The position numbers and the translations under genes are program-made. Positions 13,820-26,517 of a DNA stretch of 64,000 nt are shown here, one piece after another. The stretch is from Octopus sinensis. Lineage: Eukaryota. The notes below the pieces were generated by a model, which made no database searches, was not told the origin of the DNA, and saw only the letters and a program-made list of their open reading frames with translations. The number at the start of each line of letters is the position of its first letter. Position 1 is the stretch's first letter. The DNA lies in contig NC_043022.1 of assembly GCF_006345805.1 (NCBI RefSeq), positions 8,494,001 to 8,558,000 of the forward strand, in the 5' to 3' direction.

Positions 13820-14072
13820 AGTGAGTTTGATTCCTGAACCAGGCTGTGTGTAAGACACTTGAGTAAGACACTTTATTTTACTCCAGTTCACTCAGCTGTA
13901 GAAATGAGTTTTGACAAAATGATGCCAAGCTGTATTGACCTTTGCCTTCCCCTTGGATAATATTGGTGGCATGGAGAGTGGAGACTAGTATGCATAGGTG
14001 CCCTGGAGAGTGACTTTCTAAGTGCAATCTCATGGACATTTTTGACCAAAGAGGGTCTTTACTCTTTACCCT
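13820..14072 (+). mobile_element. SINE family F (further copies 35615-35870 plus and 60410-60621 minus)
   Basis: Shared CACTCAGCTGTAGAAATGAGTT...TGCCAAGCTGTAT...CCTTTGCCTT.CCCTTGGATAA.AT.GGTGG..TGGAGAG.GGAG. Confidence 0.8.
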
Positions 14073-15478
14073 AAGTGCATGTGTATGTACATAAATTTAA
14101 GAGTGGAATTTATGGTATTACATTTAATCCAACTTATTTACATACTATTAGCTGGTATTTACAGGAGTACTGAAGATCCAGCTCACATTTATTAATCCCC
14201 AGTCATCTGTTATGTTTATATGTATATATGATATAATACAATCAGTATATTATGGGTGTTTGTATAATAATGCCTAATGTAGATGATTTGTGATGCTTCA
14301 ATTGATTTATATCTTATGGAAAATAAATTGACAACATTGAATGCATGTATAAGTTCTATGGCTACTTAACATTGAAACAACATTATTGTATACTAGCAAT
14401 TGTGACATTATCTTGTAGTTGTTGACTTTTTCTTTAGGCTTGCTAATATTAATCTTTATACATATTGACAATTTAACTTTTATAGAGTTAAAGTAAAAGA
14501 CAAAAAACTTGCATTTGAGCAGTCTATTCATGGGATGAGAAATAACTGATATAGAATGAGCAAACTGGTGAATGGAAATGATCAAGAAAAATCATACTAA
14601 AAACAATCTAGAACAAAGCACATCTACCCTTGTTTATCACTAATATGCTCAGCAGAAAACTGTATTAAGTTTATCACAAATTGACCTGTAGAAACATGGA
14701 TCAGTGATGAGCCAAGGATCATGTTTGGACTGCAACCATCCACAATGATGATGACAACTTGGGAATCTTACAATGAAACCTACTTTCTCCATATGGTCTA
14801 TTATTCATTTACACTGATTCATTTAACATGGTGATTTTGGAACCAAACACCTGTAATAAACAAGGAAAGACATATTTCCTTGTGTGTTTTTTTATTCTTG
14901 AGTGAACAAAGTCATAGTTTTCAATTTGATCAATCACATCAGTCATTGATTCTGTACATTTTTCATAGCAAGAGTGATAAAGGTGAATGGACCTGTACAC
15001 CTCAGGCATAATAAATACCTCAATATAATTTTGTTTGATGCACTAGTTTAATGGTTTTCTTGTCAGTCCAAGGAGCTGGTTGTGTTTTTTACACTTCAAT
15101 GAAACTTTATGTATCTTTAAGTAAGAGCTAAGTCAACCTGTTACACTCTCTCCACCTCACTCCCTATCTCTAATCATCTCTGACACATATTTTGCACACT
15201 CTGGCCTACCTCCTTACTCACCTTTTCTATTCCTGTATCCCTATTCTGTATTTCATATTCCCTTTGTACATAGAGGATGTGCCCTCACCGTCTGTTTCTC
15301 TCTCACTTACCACCTAGAGAAGCTATATATCTCCTCTTCAAGAAGACACCTGTTCCTATTTCTTTATCTTGCTTTTATCTCCATCAGTACTGTACCTCAT
15401 TCATTTGAGGGAATCTTGTCTTGCAAGTACTTTGCGCCTAGAGTAGAAAGAATCATTTTTGCCTGTAGTGATATATAT

Positions 15479-15480
<2 letters not shown>

Positions 15481-15528
<48 letters not shown>

Positions 15529-15552
15529 TCACACACACACACACACACACAC
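15481..15552. repeat. (CA)n microsatellite
   Basis: Read directly. Confidence 0.95.
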
Positions 15553-15735
15553 AACATATATATCATACTAAATGTGTATTCACCATTTTGAAAGACATGT
15601 AATTTTTGTCTGAGATGAAATCTCTTCAATTACATTGATTGAGTTTATATATGTATGTACATAATGTGACCACGTGTGTACAGTTGGCGATTTTTTTCCT
15701 CGATCTTCCCTTCTTTGGATCTTTCCTTTTGCTAT

Positions 15736-15770
15736 GTTTCTGACGAAGGGCTCCGCTCGAAACGTTAAAC
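15736..15770 (+). ncRNA. Minimal type I hammerhead ribozyme motif in a short Penelope-type terminal-repeat fragment (~15680-15845)
   Basis: GTTT-CTGACGA-A-GGGC-TCC-GCTC-GAAA-CGT-T-AAAC. Stem I GTTT/AAAC, stem II GGGC/GCTC, palindromic ACGT stem III. Followed ~70 bp later by a TA-rich tract. Confidence 0.7.
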
Positions 15771-16957
15771 CCTCCTTCTTTCCTATCTTCCTGGGCGTCC
15801 AATAATACTATATTTGTTCCACGTCCTCGTGTTGTGTTTTCATATATATATCCATACATATATATATATATACACACACATCTATCTATCTATATATATA
15901 TATATATATGATGTATACACATGCTTAAATTTCAGTATTGGTATGTTGTGGATTTTCTTTCTTTCACCTATGTCAATCAGCTACTATTAATATGTTCAGT
16001 ATTATGTTGTAAATTTTTGTTGCTACTTTTTTCCTGCTGCTTTCAACTGTTTGCTTTTCTTTCATTTCTATGCTTAACTATTATAGTTTTCATCTCCTGC
16101 TGATATTTGTATTTTTAATACTGCACATCCATGTCCAGAAGAGATATTATCTCAGGATAAATACCACAGTGACTGGCCTATCAACAGTGTGTACATATTA
16201 AGTATGATGCATAAATGGTTATTCTCATTACTTAAAATTTAATTTCTATCTTACATTTATCTATTTGTATATGTGGGTGTTGGTGCCTCGTAAAAAACAC
16301 TGGTGATGGTGCCATGTAAAAGACACCCAGTATATTCTGTAATTTAAATGGTATTAAGAAGAGCATCCAGCAGTAGAAACCATGCTGAAATATACTATGG
16401 AACCTGGTGTAGCCCTTGGTCTTGCGAATTCCTATCAAGCTGTCCAACCCATTGCCAGCATGGAAAACAAATATTAAATGACGATAATGTTTCTCAAATT
16501 CATTTCTGTGTTCTACCTACCTGTAATAATTTTTTTCTTTCTTTCTGACTTCATGGCGAGATGGTTCTTACTATTTTTTTAAACACCTTCTTTTCCTACT
16601 ATATCCCTTTCTTTTCTTCATCCTCCTATCAGAATATAAAGATTCTTTTTGCTATTTCTTTAACAGTTTCCTATCATTTATCCGCCAGCATTCCTCCACC
16701 ATCCCTATCATTGCTTTATCTTGTCACTATTTTTATTTTTCTATCCTGATTATTGAATTCGTTCCCTTCTCACATTTATTCTCACAATTATTTAAATTTT
16801 CCTTTTTTTGTTTCTTGACTTTTTTAACTGCCAAAAACATGTTTACATATTTACACATACATACACACATACACAATTATTTTGTTTATCCTTATTTGAA
16901 CTGATAAAGTATAGTTTGACGATATACATACATAAGTATGAGTATTGTATAAATATA

Positions 16958-17020
<63 letters not shown>

Positions 17021-17639
17021 CCATCCATATATATTCTTATATATATATATATGTATATATTAGATACATACATACATATGTTTATATATATACATATATA
17101 CATAAATACATAACATATACATATGTATGTACATACATACATACATATGTCATCATCATCATCATTTAATATCCCTTTGTCTAGGCTGGCATGAGTTGGA
17201 TGGTTTAACAAGAATAGACAAGCCAGGTGGCTCTACCAGGCTTTATGCCTGCTTTTACATGGTTTCTACAACTGGATGCCCTTCCTAACGCCAACCACTT
17301 TACAGACTGTACTGGGTGGTTTTAACATGGCACCTGTCTTGGTGAGGTCACCAAGTACCTGCAAGATAAGACTCCTCAACTGAGTAGGGTATAGACTGGG
17401 AAAAAGAATTAATGATAGTAAGATAGGAGCAGGTGTCTTGCTGAAAATGTTGATACATGGTTTACCCACCTGGAAAGTGAGAGAAAGAGAGAGAGAGAGA
17501 TGTGAAGTCCAGGTACAATGTGAATATGACACAGAATTGAAAGTTCACTAAGTGAAATAGTATGATAGACCATTAGATATAGGGAATGAGTTGGATGCAG
17601 AGGATGTTGAGTGTAGCAGTAAGAGCCTCAACTCTGAGA

Positions 17640-18035
17640 TGGATAGGTCTTCTCAAGTACAGCATAACACCATTCATCTCAGTCTCCTCTCATCTCCTCT
17701 GAGAGGCTCAGCATCTTGAAGTCAGTCTTTACCACTTCAACCCACATCTCCCTAGTTCTACCTCTTTCACATGTTCCTTCTATGTTCAGCAATTGGTACT
17801 TTGTACAACTGTCCTTATCCATTTGCATTACATGACCATATCAGCACAATCTTCTTTCCTGCATACCACATTTGATGCCTCTTAAACCCATTGTTTTTCC
17901 TATTCATGCACACTAACATTTTACATCCATTGGAGCATACTTGCCCTTCCAAGTCTTCATATGTCCTCTGCATTCACAGCCCAAGTTTTATAGCCATTAC
18001 TATTCATACACAGGCAACCTACCTTTCATTCTGAG
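17640..18035 (-). mobile_element. RTE-clade LINE 3' fragment (decayed ORF C-terminus)
   Basis: Minus-strand translation gives GYKTWAVNAED..ASMLQWM..RRLC*YGHVMQMD..GTCERGRTREMWVEVVKTD, matching the YGSETW / LRWYGHV / RGRP..W motifs of RTE ORFs. Confidence 0.85.
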
Positions 18036-18060
18036 CAAGAGGGATACTATGTATGTGTAT

Positions 18061-18092
<32 letters not shown>

Positions 18093-18374
18093 ATGTTTAT
18101 AATGATAGTATACACTTTGCCATGTATATACATGTGTGTATGAATTTATGTAAATATGCATATCTGTATGTATATATATATATATGTGTGTGTGTGTGTA
18201 TACTTATTGATCTTCCCACCTTTTTGCACTGTTCAGTGATATTCTTATTTTAGATGAAAAAGTTAGATAAGAAGATTATTTAGCTGCTGTTTCTGATAAC
18301 TATGCCAAGGGTTATTTATTATCTCAAAAAATTCAGCCAATTAAGGGGTTATACAAAGGTTTTATTTTAGAAAT

Positions 18375-19345
18375 TCAGTTAATAATAATACTATTTTAAT
18401 AAATTATATTACCTTATTAATTAATGAATATTAGTTAATAACAATGTTGTAATAGTTCATACTATTGCTGTTCTAATTGATAACAAGGCTATTTTAATTA
18501 ATAAAAGCAGCCCATCTTATTTTATAACAAAACATCTTAAAGCAACTTCGATAAATAACACTGCTAGTTTAATTAATAAGAAGATTGACTTTAAAATAAT
18601 GTTAAATTAGTTAACAGCTTGCTATTCTACAACTCTATTTACTAGTGTATAAGTCATGCCCATAATTTAGTACAGAATTTGGTACACTTTTTGGTACAAC
18701 TTTGGTACAATTTTTGGTATAATTTTAGCACAAATTTTTTCATTTAAAATCGAGTATAAAATAGTGTTTACAATACCAAACCTGGTTTAAATAATAACAA
18801 TGCTAATTTAATTAATAACAATGCCAGTTTAATTAATAACAACTCTGCTTTAGTTAACTATGTTATTTAATTAATAACAATACTCGCTTAGTTTATAATA
18901 ATGCTCTCTTGGCCAATAACAATAGTAATTTAAACAATAAGTGAGTTTAATTAATTATCATTCTCCTTTAGTTAATAACAAAGCTTAATGCCATTTTAAT
19001 TAATAATAATACCAGATGAAATAATAATGCTAATTCAGTTGATAACAATATTTTTTTTATTAACAGCAGTGTTAGTTTAGCTTATAATAATGCTGGTTTT
19101 AACTAATAATTAGGCTAGTTTATTTATTAACAATGTTAATTTAGTTAATTTTAAGATGTTTTAGTTAATAATATTATCTTAATTAATAACAATCTTGATT
19201 TAGTTAACAACCAAGTTAATTTATTTAGTAACAATATTTTAGTTAATATTAATGATAACTCTGTTTAATTACAACAATTTTAGTTTAAAGTATAACGTTA
19301 TTTTAGTCAATGATAATACTATTTTATTAAATAACAATACTAATT
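18375..19345. repeat. Degenerate 21-bp AT-rich tandem array (consensus ~TTAATAACAATGCTAATTTAR) with an embedded 11-bp array (TTTTGGTACAA, ~18663-18735)
   Basis: Periodic TTAATAACAAT every ~21 bp, clearest at 18787-18935 and 19000-19345. Confidence 0.75.
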
Positions 19346-19647
19346 TAGTTAATGAGGAGATTATCTTAATTACAGTGCTGTTTTCATTAATAGTATTGTT
19401 AATTAAACCAATACAAACAGCAACAGTTGTGCACAACTAAACTATATTTTACGTGATAGTTTTATTGATAAATACCAATTTTCAGCTTGAATCTTATCAG
19501 ATTCAACTATGCTTTCAACATTCCAGAGACTGTAAAATCAATAACAATAATATATCAGACATATTGATCACCTATATACATATGTATATGTGAGTGTGTG
19601 TGTGTGTGTGTATGTGTGTGTGAATATATATCTATTGTGTGTTTCTC

Positions 19648-19699
<52 letters not shown>

Positions 19700-20481
19700 C
19701 ATGCCCCTACTTTACAAAATGAAAATTTTGTCTAAGAAACAAGTTCTACCAACATTTTTCTATTACTAAGATGAGCCAATAAGTTAACCCCATGTGGCCA
19801 CTAAAACTGCTGGAAATAGAAGCTGACTACCTGTAATCTTGTGGTACTAACATAAAAAAAGACATAGATGGCTACATTTGAAATGTATTCTAGATAGACA
19901 AAAGAAGAAAAAAAATGAGATGGTCATGACTAGAAGAACTTTTTATTTTTAACATATGTCTCACCCATCAGAGCACTGACTTGTGTCTAAATAACATCTT
20001 AAACAGTATACTCTAAAATATGCTTAAGCCATGAATGTGTAACCATATCTGTGTATGCATGCACACACACACATTTTCCTTGAGCTCATGAAGCTAGTTT
20101 ATTGGTTTCCATGATGTATAAGTGACTGAGATAATAAGATTTCCCCTGAATGGGATGCCAGTCCATTGCAGGGTTCAAGGTCTAGCAATTTTGAAAGGAG
20201 GAAACAAGTCAATTACATCAACCCCAGCACTTGCTGATATTTTATTGAACTTGAAGTGATGAAAGTTGACCATGGCAGCATTTGAACTCTCAGAACATAA
20301 AGAAATGCTTCTAAGCTTGCTTATGTATATATATGCATACATACATATATATATATATAAATAAAATTTAAAATAGGATAAAATCTTTATAAGAATTTAT
20401 CAAGTAGTCAGCATGAAAACCTCATAATGGAGGTGTTTGTCTGGTATGTTGATTTTGTTCATTTTTGTGTCTTGATTATGC

Positions 20482-20541
20482 CTGCACTGACGATTAGAAA
20501 GCAGATTACATACACTAACTATGAAATCACATGATTTGTGG
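20482..20541 (+). ncRNA. Decayed minimal hammerhead ribozyme motif in an insert between (TA)n tracts (~20360-20680)
   Basis: CTGCA-CTGACGA-TTAG..CTAA(CTAT)-GAAA-TCACATGA-TT-TGTGG. Stem I pairs with two G-U wobbles; stem III is one substitution from the palindrome ATCACGTGAT. Confidence 0.55.
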
Positions 20542-20676
20542 CTGGATCTATTTTTAAGGGTTGGCTTCAAAGGTTGCATTCCCTCGCGTTCAGTACACTG
20601 TGTATCTATTATGGTAGTTTTGACTTTAAGAGTTCCTCATAGTATGAAGCATTTATGTGTAGTAATGCCCTTAATG

Positions 20677-20712
<36 letters not shown>

Positions 20713-20724
20713 CATATATATATT

Positions 20725-20970
20725 ACATGATCACATGACTGACCAGACTATCAGATGTTGTTACACATTGCCAGTCACAATGCGCTCTGCATTGTCTTAA
20801 CCATCAAATGATGTCACCCTGCTGGCCAGGCGATCAGGTTAACATTCCTCCACTGATCAAAAAGGGGCCGGAGCATTGTGAATTGAAGTGTTTTGCTCAA
20901 AAACAAAACGCACCACCTGGTCTGGGAATTGAACCTGCAATCTAGCAACTGTGAGTGCCACTAGGCCATA
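20725..20970 (-). mobile_element. tRNA-derived SINE family A (decayed)
   Basis: Homologous to 42988-43234 (TCACATGACTGACCAG.CTATCAGATGTTG.TACACAT.GC..GTCACAATGC). Confidence 0.8.
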
Positions 20971-21185
20971 CAATTTCTACATATATATATGTATTACTTG
21001 TTTCAGTCATTAGACTGTGGCCATGCTGGGGCACTGTCTTGAAGAATTTTTAGATGAATGAATCAACCCCAGTATTCTTTTGTTGAACTACTAAGATACG
21101 AGGACATAGACAATCCACCACTAGTTATCAAATGGTGGGTGGGTGGGACAGACACAAAGGCACATACACACATATAGATGATAAT

Positions 21186-21545
21186 CTATTCTACTATAGG
21201 CAAAAGGCCTGAAATTTTGGGGGAGTAGGCCAGTCGATTAGATCGGCCCCAGTGCTTACTTTATCGACCCCGAAAGGATGAAAGGCAAAGTTGACCTTGT
21301 CAGAATTTGAATTCAGTATGTAAAGACAGATGAAATACCTATTTCTTTACTACCCACAAGGAGCTAAACACAGAGGGGACAAACAAAGACAGACTAATGG
21401 ATTAAGTTGATTACTTAATTTATCGACCCCGAAAGGATGAAAGGCAAAGTCGACCTCGGCGGAATTTGAACTCAGAACATAAAATCAGACGAAATACCTC
21501 TAAGCATTTTGCCCGGCATGCTAACGTTTCTGCCAGCTCGCTGCC
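21186..21545 (-). mobile_element. SINE family C, dimeric form
   Basis: Two tandem GACCCCGAAAGGATGAAAGGCAAAGT.GACCT...GAATTTGAA modules; the same dimer architecture occurs at 44956-45338. Confidence 0.85.
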
Positions 21546-21832
21546 TTACATGTATAGTTAATAATATATATGTAATATGGTATGTACATACCGAGTGTCA
21601 ATGCTTCCAAGGCTGGTTTTGCTTTTCATCCTTTTGTAATTGACAAAATAAGTACCAGTTCAGTATTGGGGTTGATGTAATTGGATTCTCCCCTCCCCTC
21701 AATACTGCTGGCCATGTACCAAAATTAGCAAGAAATATAGTGTGTGTATGTAGTGTCTGTGCATGTTTGTAATGCGTTTTTGTCTATGTATGTATATATG
21801 CACTATATGTGTGTAGGTATTTATAGTATGCA

Positions 21833-22063
21833 AGGGCGGCGAGCTGGCAGAAACGTTAGCACGCCGGATGAAATGCTTAGCGGTATTTCGTCTGTCGTTA
21901 CGTTGTGAGTTCAAATTCCGCCGAGGTCAACTTTGCCTTTCATCCTTTCGGGGTCGATAAATTAAGTACCAGTTACGCTCTGGGGTCGATATAATCGACT
22001 TAATACCTATGTCTGTCCTTGTTTGTCCCCTCTATGTTTAGCCCCTTGTGGGTAATAAAGAAA
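21833..22063 (+). mobile_element. Young SINE family C copy with 19-bp target-site duplication
   Basis: Intact head GGCGGCGAGCTGGCAGAAACGTTAGCACGCC and B-box-like GAGTTCAAATTCC, with CpGs retained. TAGGTATTTATAGTATGCA occurs at both 21814-21832 and 22064-22082. Confidence 0.92.
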
Positions 22064-22593
22064 TAGGTATTTATAGTATGCATGGATGTATGGTTATGAA
22101 AGCATGCGTTTGTGTTCATATGTGCATCATGTTTCTGTGTGTGCGTTTGTACAAATGTGTATGTAACATGCATGTAAATATGTGTGTGTGTGTGTGTGTG
22201 TGTCCATGTGTAATATATGTATGCCTGTGTCTGTATGTTTGTAATGCACATGTTTATGTGTAATGTGTGAATGCATGTATACATGTGCATATGTTTGTGT
22301 TAATTTACGCATTAGTAAATATCATTTGTTAAACAGTTAATTTACTGTCAAATATTCAGTATTTGGCTAATCACTCAGGAAATAAGGCTCACTAGACATT
22401 ATTACGCATGTTCTCACTCACTTATCTTATGAGAAAAGAGAAGAAACGGCTTGTTTAAATCATTGTTTCGTTGTTTAGTTCCAGCTCAGGTCTGATGAAG
22501 ATGATCTCTGACAGAGATTGTTCTAACCATGGCCATCTTCAGACAATAGGTGTAGGTGTGGCTATATGGTTAAGTAGCTTGCTTCTTAGCCAT

Positions 22594-22899
22594 GAGGCAC
22601 ATGGCCTTGTGGTTAGAGCAGTGGACTCGCAGTTGAGGGATCGCGGGTTCGAATCTCAGACCGGGCGATGTGTGTGTTTATGAGCGAAACACCTAAGCTC
22701 CACACGGCTCTGGTAGAAGGTAATGGCGAACTTCTGCTGACTCTTTCGCCACAACTTTCTCTCACTCTTTCTCCTGCATCTTGCATCTCACCTGCGACAG
22801 ACTGGCATCCCGTCCAGGTGGGGAACCTATACGCCAAGGAAACCGGGAAACTGGCCCTTATGCGCCAGGTATGGCTTGAGAAGAAACAAGCAAAACAAA
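22594..22899 (+). mobile_element. tRNA-derived SINE (family-A head, distinct 3' domain) nested in a family-B SINE
   Basis: A-box-like TGGCCTTGTGG and B-box GGTTCGAATCTC. CATGAG flanks both ends (22591-22596, 22900-22905), and family-B sequence resumes after it. Confidence 0.85.
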
Positions 22900-23045
22900 C
22901 ATGAGTACCATGTTGGGCAAGCATCTTCTACTGTTGCCCCAGGCTGACCAAAGAACTTGTGAATGGGTTTGGTAGATAGAAATTGAAAGAAGTTCATCAT
23001 TCATCATGTTTATGTATGTATGTATTTATCTGTCTATCTATCTAT

Positions 23046-23079
<34 letters not shown>

Positions 23080-23244
23080 TGTTCAAATTTACACACATAC
23101 ACAGAATGCTGGGCTGGCAGAATTGTTTGCATGTCAGACAAAATGCAGTATTTCTTATGGCACTTTACATTCTGAGTTCAGATCCTACGAAGGTCAACTT
23201 TGCTTTGCATCCTTGGTGAGCAAGGGAGCAATAAAGTGAAATAC

Positions 23245-23584
23245 CAAGGAGGTTTTTCCCTCTTTCTCAAAGGCTGTCATTACTTTGGAGACAGTACTTC
23301 TTGATACACCAAACATTTTGGCTGTTTTAATTATGCTTGTGCCTGCCATACGAGCACCAACAATTTGACTTCTTTGGAAGTCCGATACATCTGTCATTTT
23401 AATTAGTTTTAATTACCTTTTTCTGATGATATCTGAAAAGAAACAGCAATTTTAGGAAAACATATTAAGCAACAGCAATAATAAATTAAAAAACAAAAAC
23501 AAACTAACTATTAATGGTTTTATAGATATTTCAAAATTATGATGCAATGATGCTAGGTGTTTCCATTATTTTGTCCAACCCCTG
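23245..23584 (-). mobile_element. Tc1-like transposon 5' fragment (left TIR plus N-terminal HTH of transposase)
   Basis: Minus strand begins TA|CAGGGGTTGGACAAAATAATGGAAAC, a Tc1-type TIR. The ORF from 23397, MTDVSDFQRSQIVGARMAGTSIIKTAKMFGVSRSTVSKVMTAFEKEGKTS, is a paired-like HTH truncated after ~50 aa. Confidence 0.88.
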
Positions 23585-23602
23585 TATATATATATATATG
23601 TA

Positions 23603-23656
<54 letters not shown>

Positions 23657-25204
23657 ATGCAATTGTAACATGCCAAGGAGAAAGCTATGATGTGGTTACT
23701 TGCTTTGCTAACAATAACAGCATCCAACCCATGAAATCATTTCCAAACACCCATAAAGGTGATGACGATGTTAGTGTTGAAGGCATTGATACATTCCCTT
23801 CCCACAAACACTTACAGATACACACACACTCACACATAAATTTATGTTTGTCCAGCGGAGCAATACGGACCATATGGTCATCTACCGAAGATGACTAATG
23901 ACTCGTACAGTAACTGTTTTAAAATAAAGAAGAGCTGTGCACCATTAACCTCACTCTCTCTCATCTGTAATTATCTTCAATCCAGTTGCAAGACCTGCTC
24001 AAAACTGGGGCTGGAGATGAATACAGGAGACAACCAAGATGTCTTGTCCATACTGCTCCCTGCTTTCCACAATGTTTTGCTGCAGCTGCTTTCCACAATG
24101 TTTTGCTGCAGCTGCTTTCTTCCTCCTTTGAACCATGAAGATTTCTTTCACCAAGTCTGCTGCATCCAATCTTCACGTGCATAAATAGGCAAGCCCTAAT
24201 ATACTAATTAACCCATATTTGGGTCCCTGACAGGTGCTACTACTCCAAGTCAAGTCTGTCCTTACAATACATGTGAAGTTGTTTGTAATATAATCACTAG
24301 TTGTATCACCAGTACAGTATGTTATACATGGAACCTTGTGCAACTATCTTCTACAATAGTCTCAGGTTGACCTATGCCTTGTGAGTGAATTTAGCAAATG
24401 AAAACTGCATGGAACCTTGTGTGTGTATATATATTTATGGAGGTTGTCTGCTCCTTGCAGAGCTTAACTTCTTCTTGTACCTATAATTGCCCTATCCTAA
24501 CATGAGCTCTTAAATGACTTTTGAACCCAGAAGCATATTTGAAGAGCTGATCGCATATACTGCAGCAATGTCTCATTTCAGCATTGGATCCGTGTATGAG
24601 TGTGTGCATCTACCTGTGTGTTTCTGTGTTTGTGTTTATCACCCCTGTGCCACTACTTGATAAATAGTCTTTGTTTATATGCCCCATATCTTAGCATTTT
24701 GTTAAAAGAGAGCAATAGAAAAGTACCAAACTTGCAAGAAAAAAAAAAAAAAAAAGACACAAGTACTGAAGCCAACATGTTTGACTACACCCTTTCAAAG
24801 CAGTTCTCCAGCATGACCACAATCCAGTGGGTGAAACAAGATATCAGTATGCATTTAATTTCACTGTAAGCTCAGACCTTCAAAAGTCTTTTCAGTATTT
24901 TGGAATAACAATTAAACCAAACCAGTTTCATCATTATTTAACACCTCTTCAGAAATCTCTCACCTTTCTCTCTGCCTCCATTGGGATGCTGAGAGAAAAT
25001 GGTGGAAACCTACTTATTTAAAATGTAAACAAAATTGTGCCATGATACAATTCATTTGCAAATTTGATAAAGTAATTACTAGAATTGCAGATAATAATTG
25101 CTAGAGTAGCATTATGGGAAAATAAATTATGAAAATGAGTCATGCTTGTGACTTTTGGGCAACTATTTATATTAGCATGGATTTTCTTCTTCCTACTTTA
25201 CCCC

Positions 25205-25575
25205 AATCATATTTTCTTGTATCGTAGGAGGGTCATTATGCCAACAATAAACATATGTACTGGTTCTGCTTCACTTCTTTATTTGTATTACTTGATTGGT
25301 TAACCATTAAAGAATTTAACTAACTGTTTGCTTGTTTTGTCAATCAATCAGTTGCGAATAGCACCAAAAGGACTTTGAGAAACTTAGTTGATTGATCAAC
25401 TAACTGATAAATCAAACACTTGAATAGTTAATTGGTAATATGACTAATCAATTGACTAATAACAATAAAGAAGTGAAATAAAACCAGTGTGTGTGTGTGT
25501 TTATTGGCATAACGATCCTCCCAAGATATAAAATATGTTTCACACAGGAGTTTACTTCAAGAATCTTGCAAACCA
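25205..25575. mobile_element. Foldback/MITE-like element with ~150-bp imperfect inverted arms
   Basis: GGAGGGTCATTATGCCAACAATAAACATATGTACTGGTTCTGCTTCACTTCTTTATT is mirrored by AATAAAGAAGTGAAATAAAACCAGTG..GTTTATTGGCATAACGATCCTCC. Confidence 0.75.
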
Positions 25576-25734
25576 CTTGCACAAATGATATATCCCTATT
25601 ATAACTTTATTAAATCCTCCTCCTCTCTTTATTAATTAAAAAACAAAGGTTATACAATTTCAAATCTTTGTTATTCAAAACTCAGAAAATGAAAGACTGT
25701 CACAAAAATTTATAAGTGGGTGAAAAAATCTAAG

Positions 25735-26150
25735 CACAGTTGTGTGATAAGAAGTTTGTTTCTCAACCACATGGTTCCAGGTTCAATCCCACTGCATGGC
25801 ACCTTGGGCAAGTGTCTTCTACTATAGCCCCCGGTCAACTAAAACTTTGTGAATGGATTTGGTGGACAGAAACTGAAAGAAGCCTATATATATATATATA
25901 TATATATTGATATATACACACACACAAACATACATGTATATGCATGTATATGTGACTTTGTGTCTGTGTTTGTCCCCTACTACCACTTGAGAACTCCTGT
26001 TGGTGTGTTCACATTCCCATAACTTATTGGTTCAGTAAATGAGACTGATAAAATAAGTACCAGGCTTAAAAATATGTACTGGGGTTGATTCATTCAACTA
26101 TGGTGCCCCAGCATGGCTACATCCTAATGACTGATAAAAAGAAAATAGAT
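25735..26150 (+). mobile_element. SINE family B with internal (TA)n tract
   Basis: Colinear with 60242-60887 and 36855-37233. Confidence 0.85.
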
Positions 26151-26485
26151 GTAGAGCTGAATATCAACCAATTTTGTATATATTTTAATAGATAATCTTT
26201 GGTTGCTATTGTATAGCATCATGAGAAGTAGTGATGTGAAAATCCTGATAAGATATTAAATAACAATGAAGAAGGTCATTTTGGACCTCATTCCAGGTTG
26301 CAAAAAAAAAAAAAAAATGAAAATTGTATTTAGGTGGAGGAATGACTCTGTGGTTATGAAGTTTACTTAGCAACCATGTGGTTCAGTCTCACTGTGTGGT
26401 ACCTTAGGTAAGCATCTACTATAACCCCAGGCCAATCAATGCCTTGTGAGTAAATCTGATAGATGGAAACTGTGTGGAAGCTTGT

Positions 26486-26517
<32 letters not shown>

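Noticed and set aside
22594-22670. Possible tRNA gene (also 43165-43234 and 61519-61591)
   Set aside because: A/B boxes are present but acceptor stems do not pair and the sequences continue into repeat bodies; treated as tRNA-derived heads.
23850-24260. Possible LINE 5' UTR fragment (similar GGGWCCCTGACA.GTG.TAC motif near 47210)
   Set aside because: The resemblance is from memory and there is no coding motif to anchor it; left unclassified.
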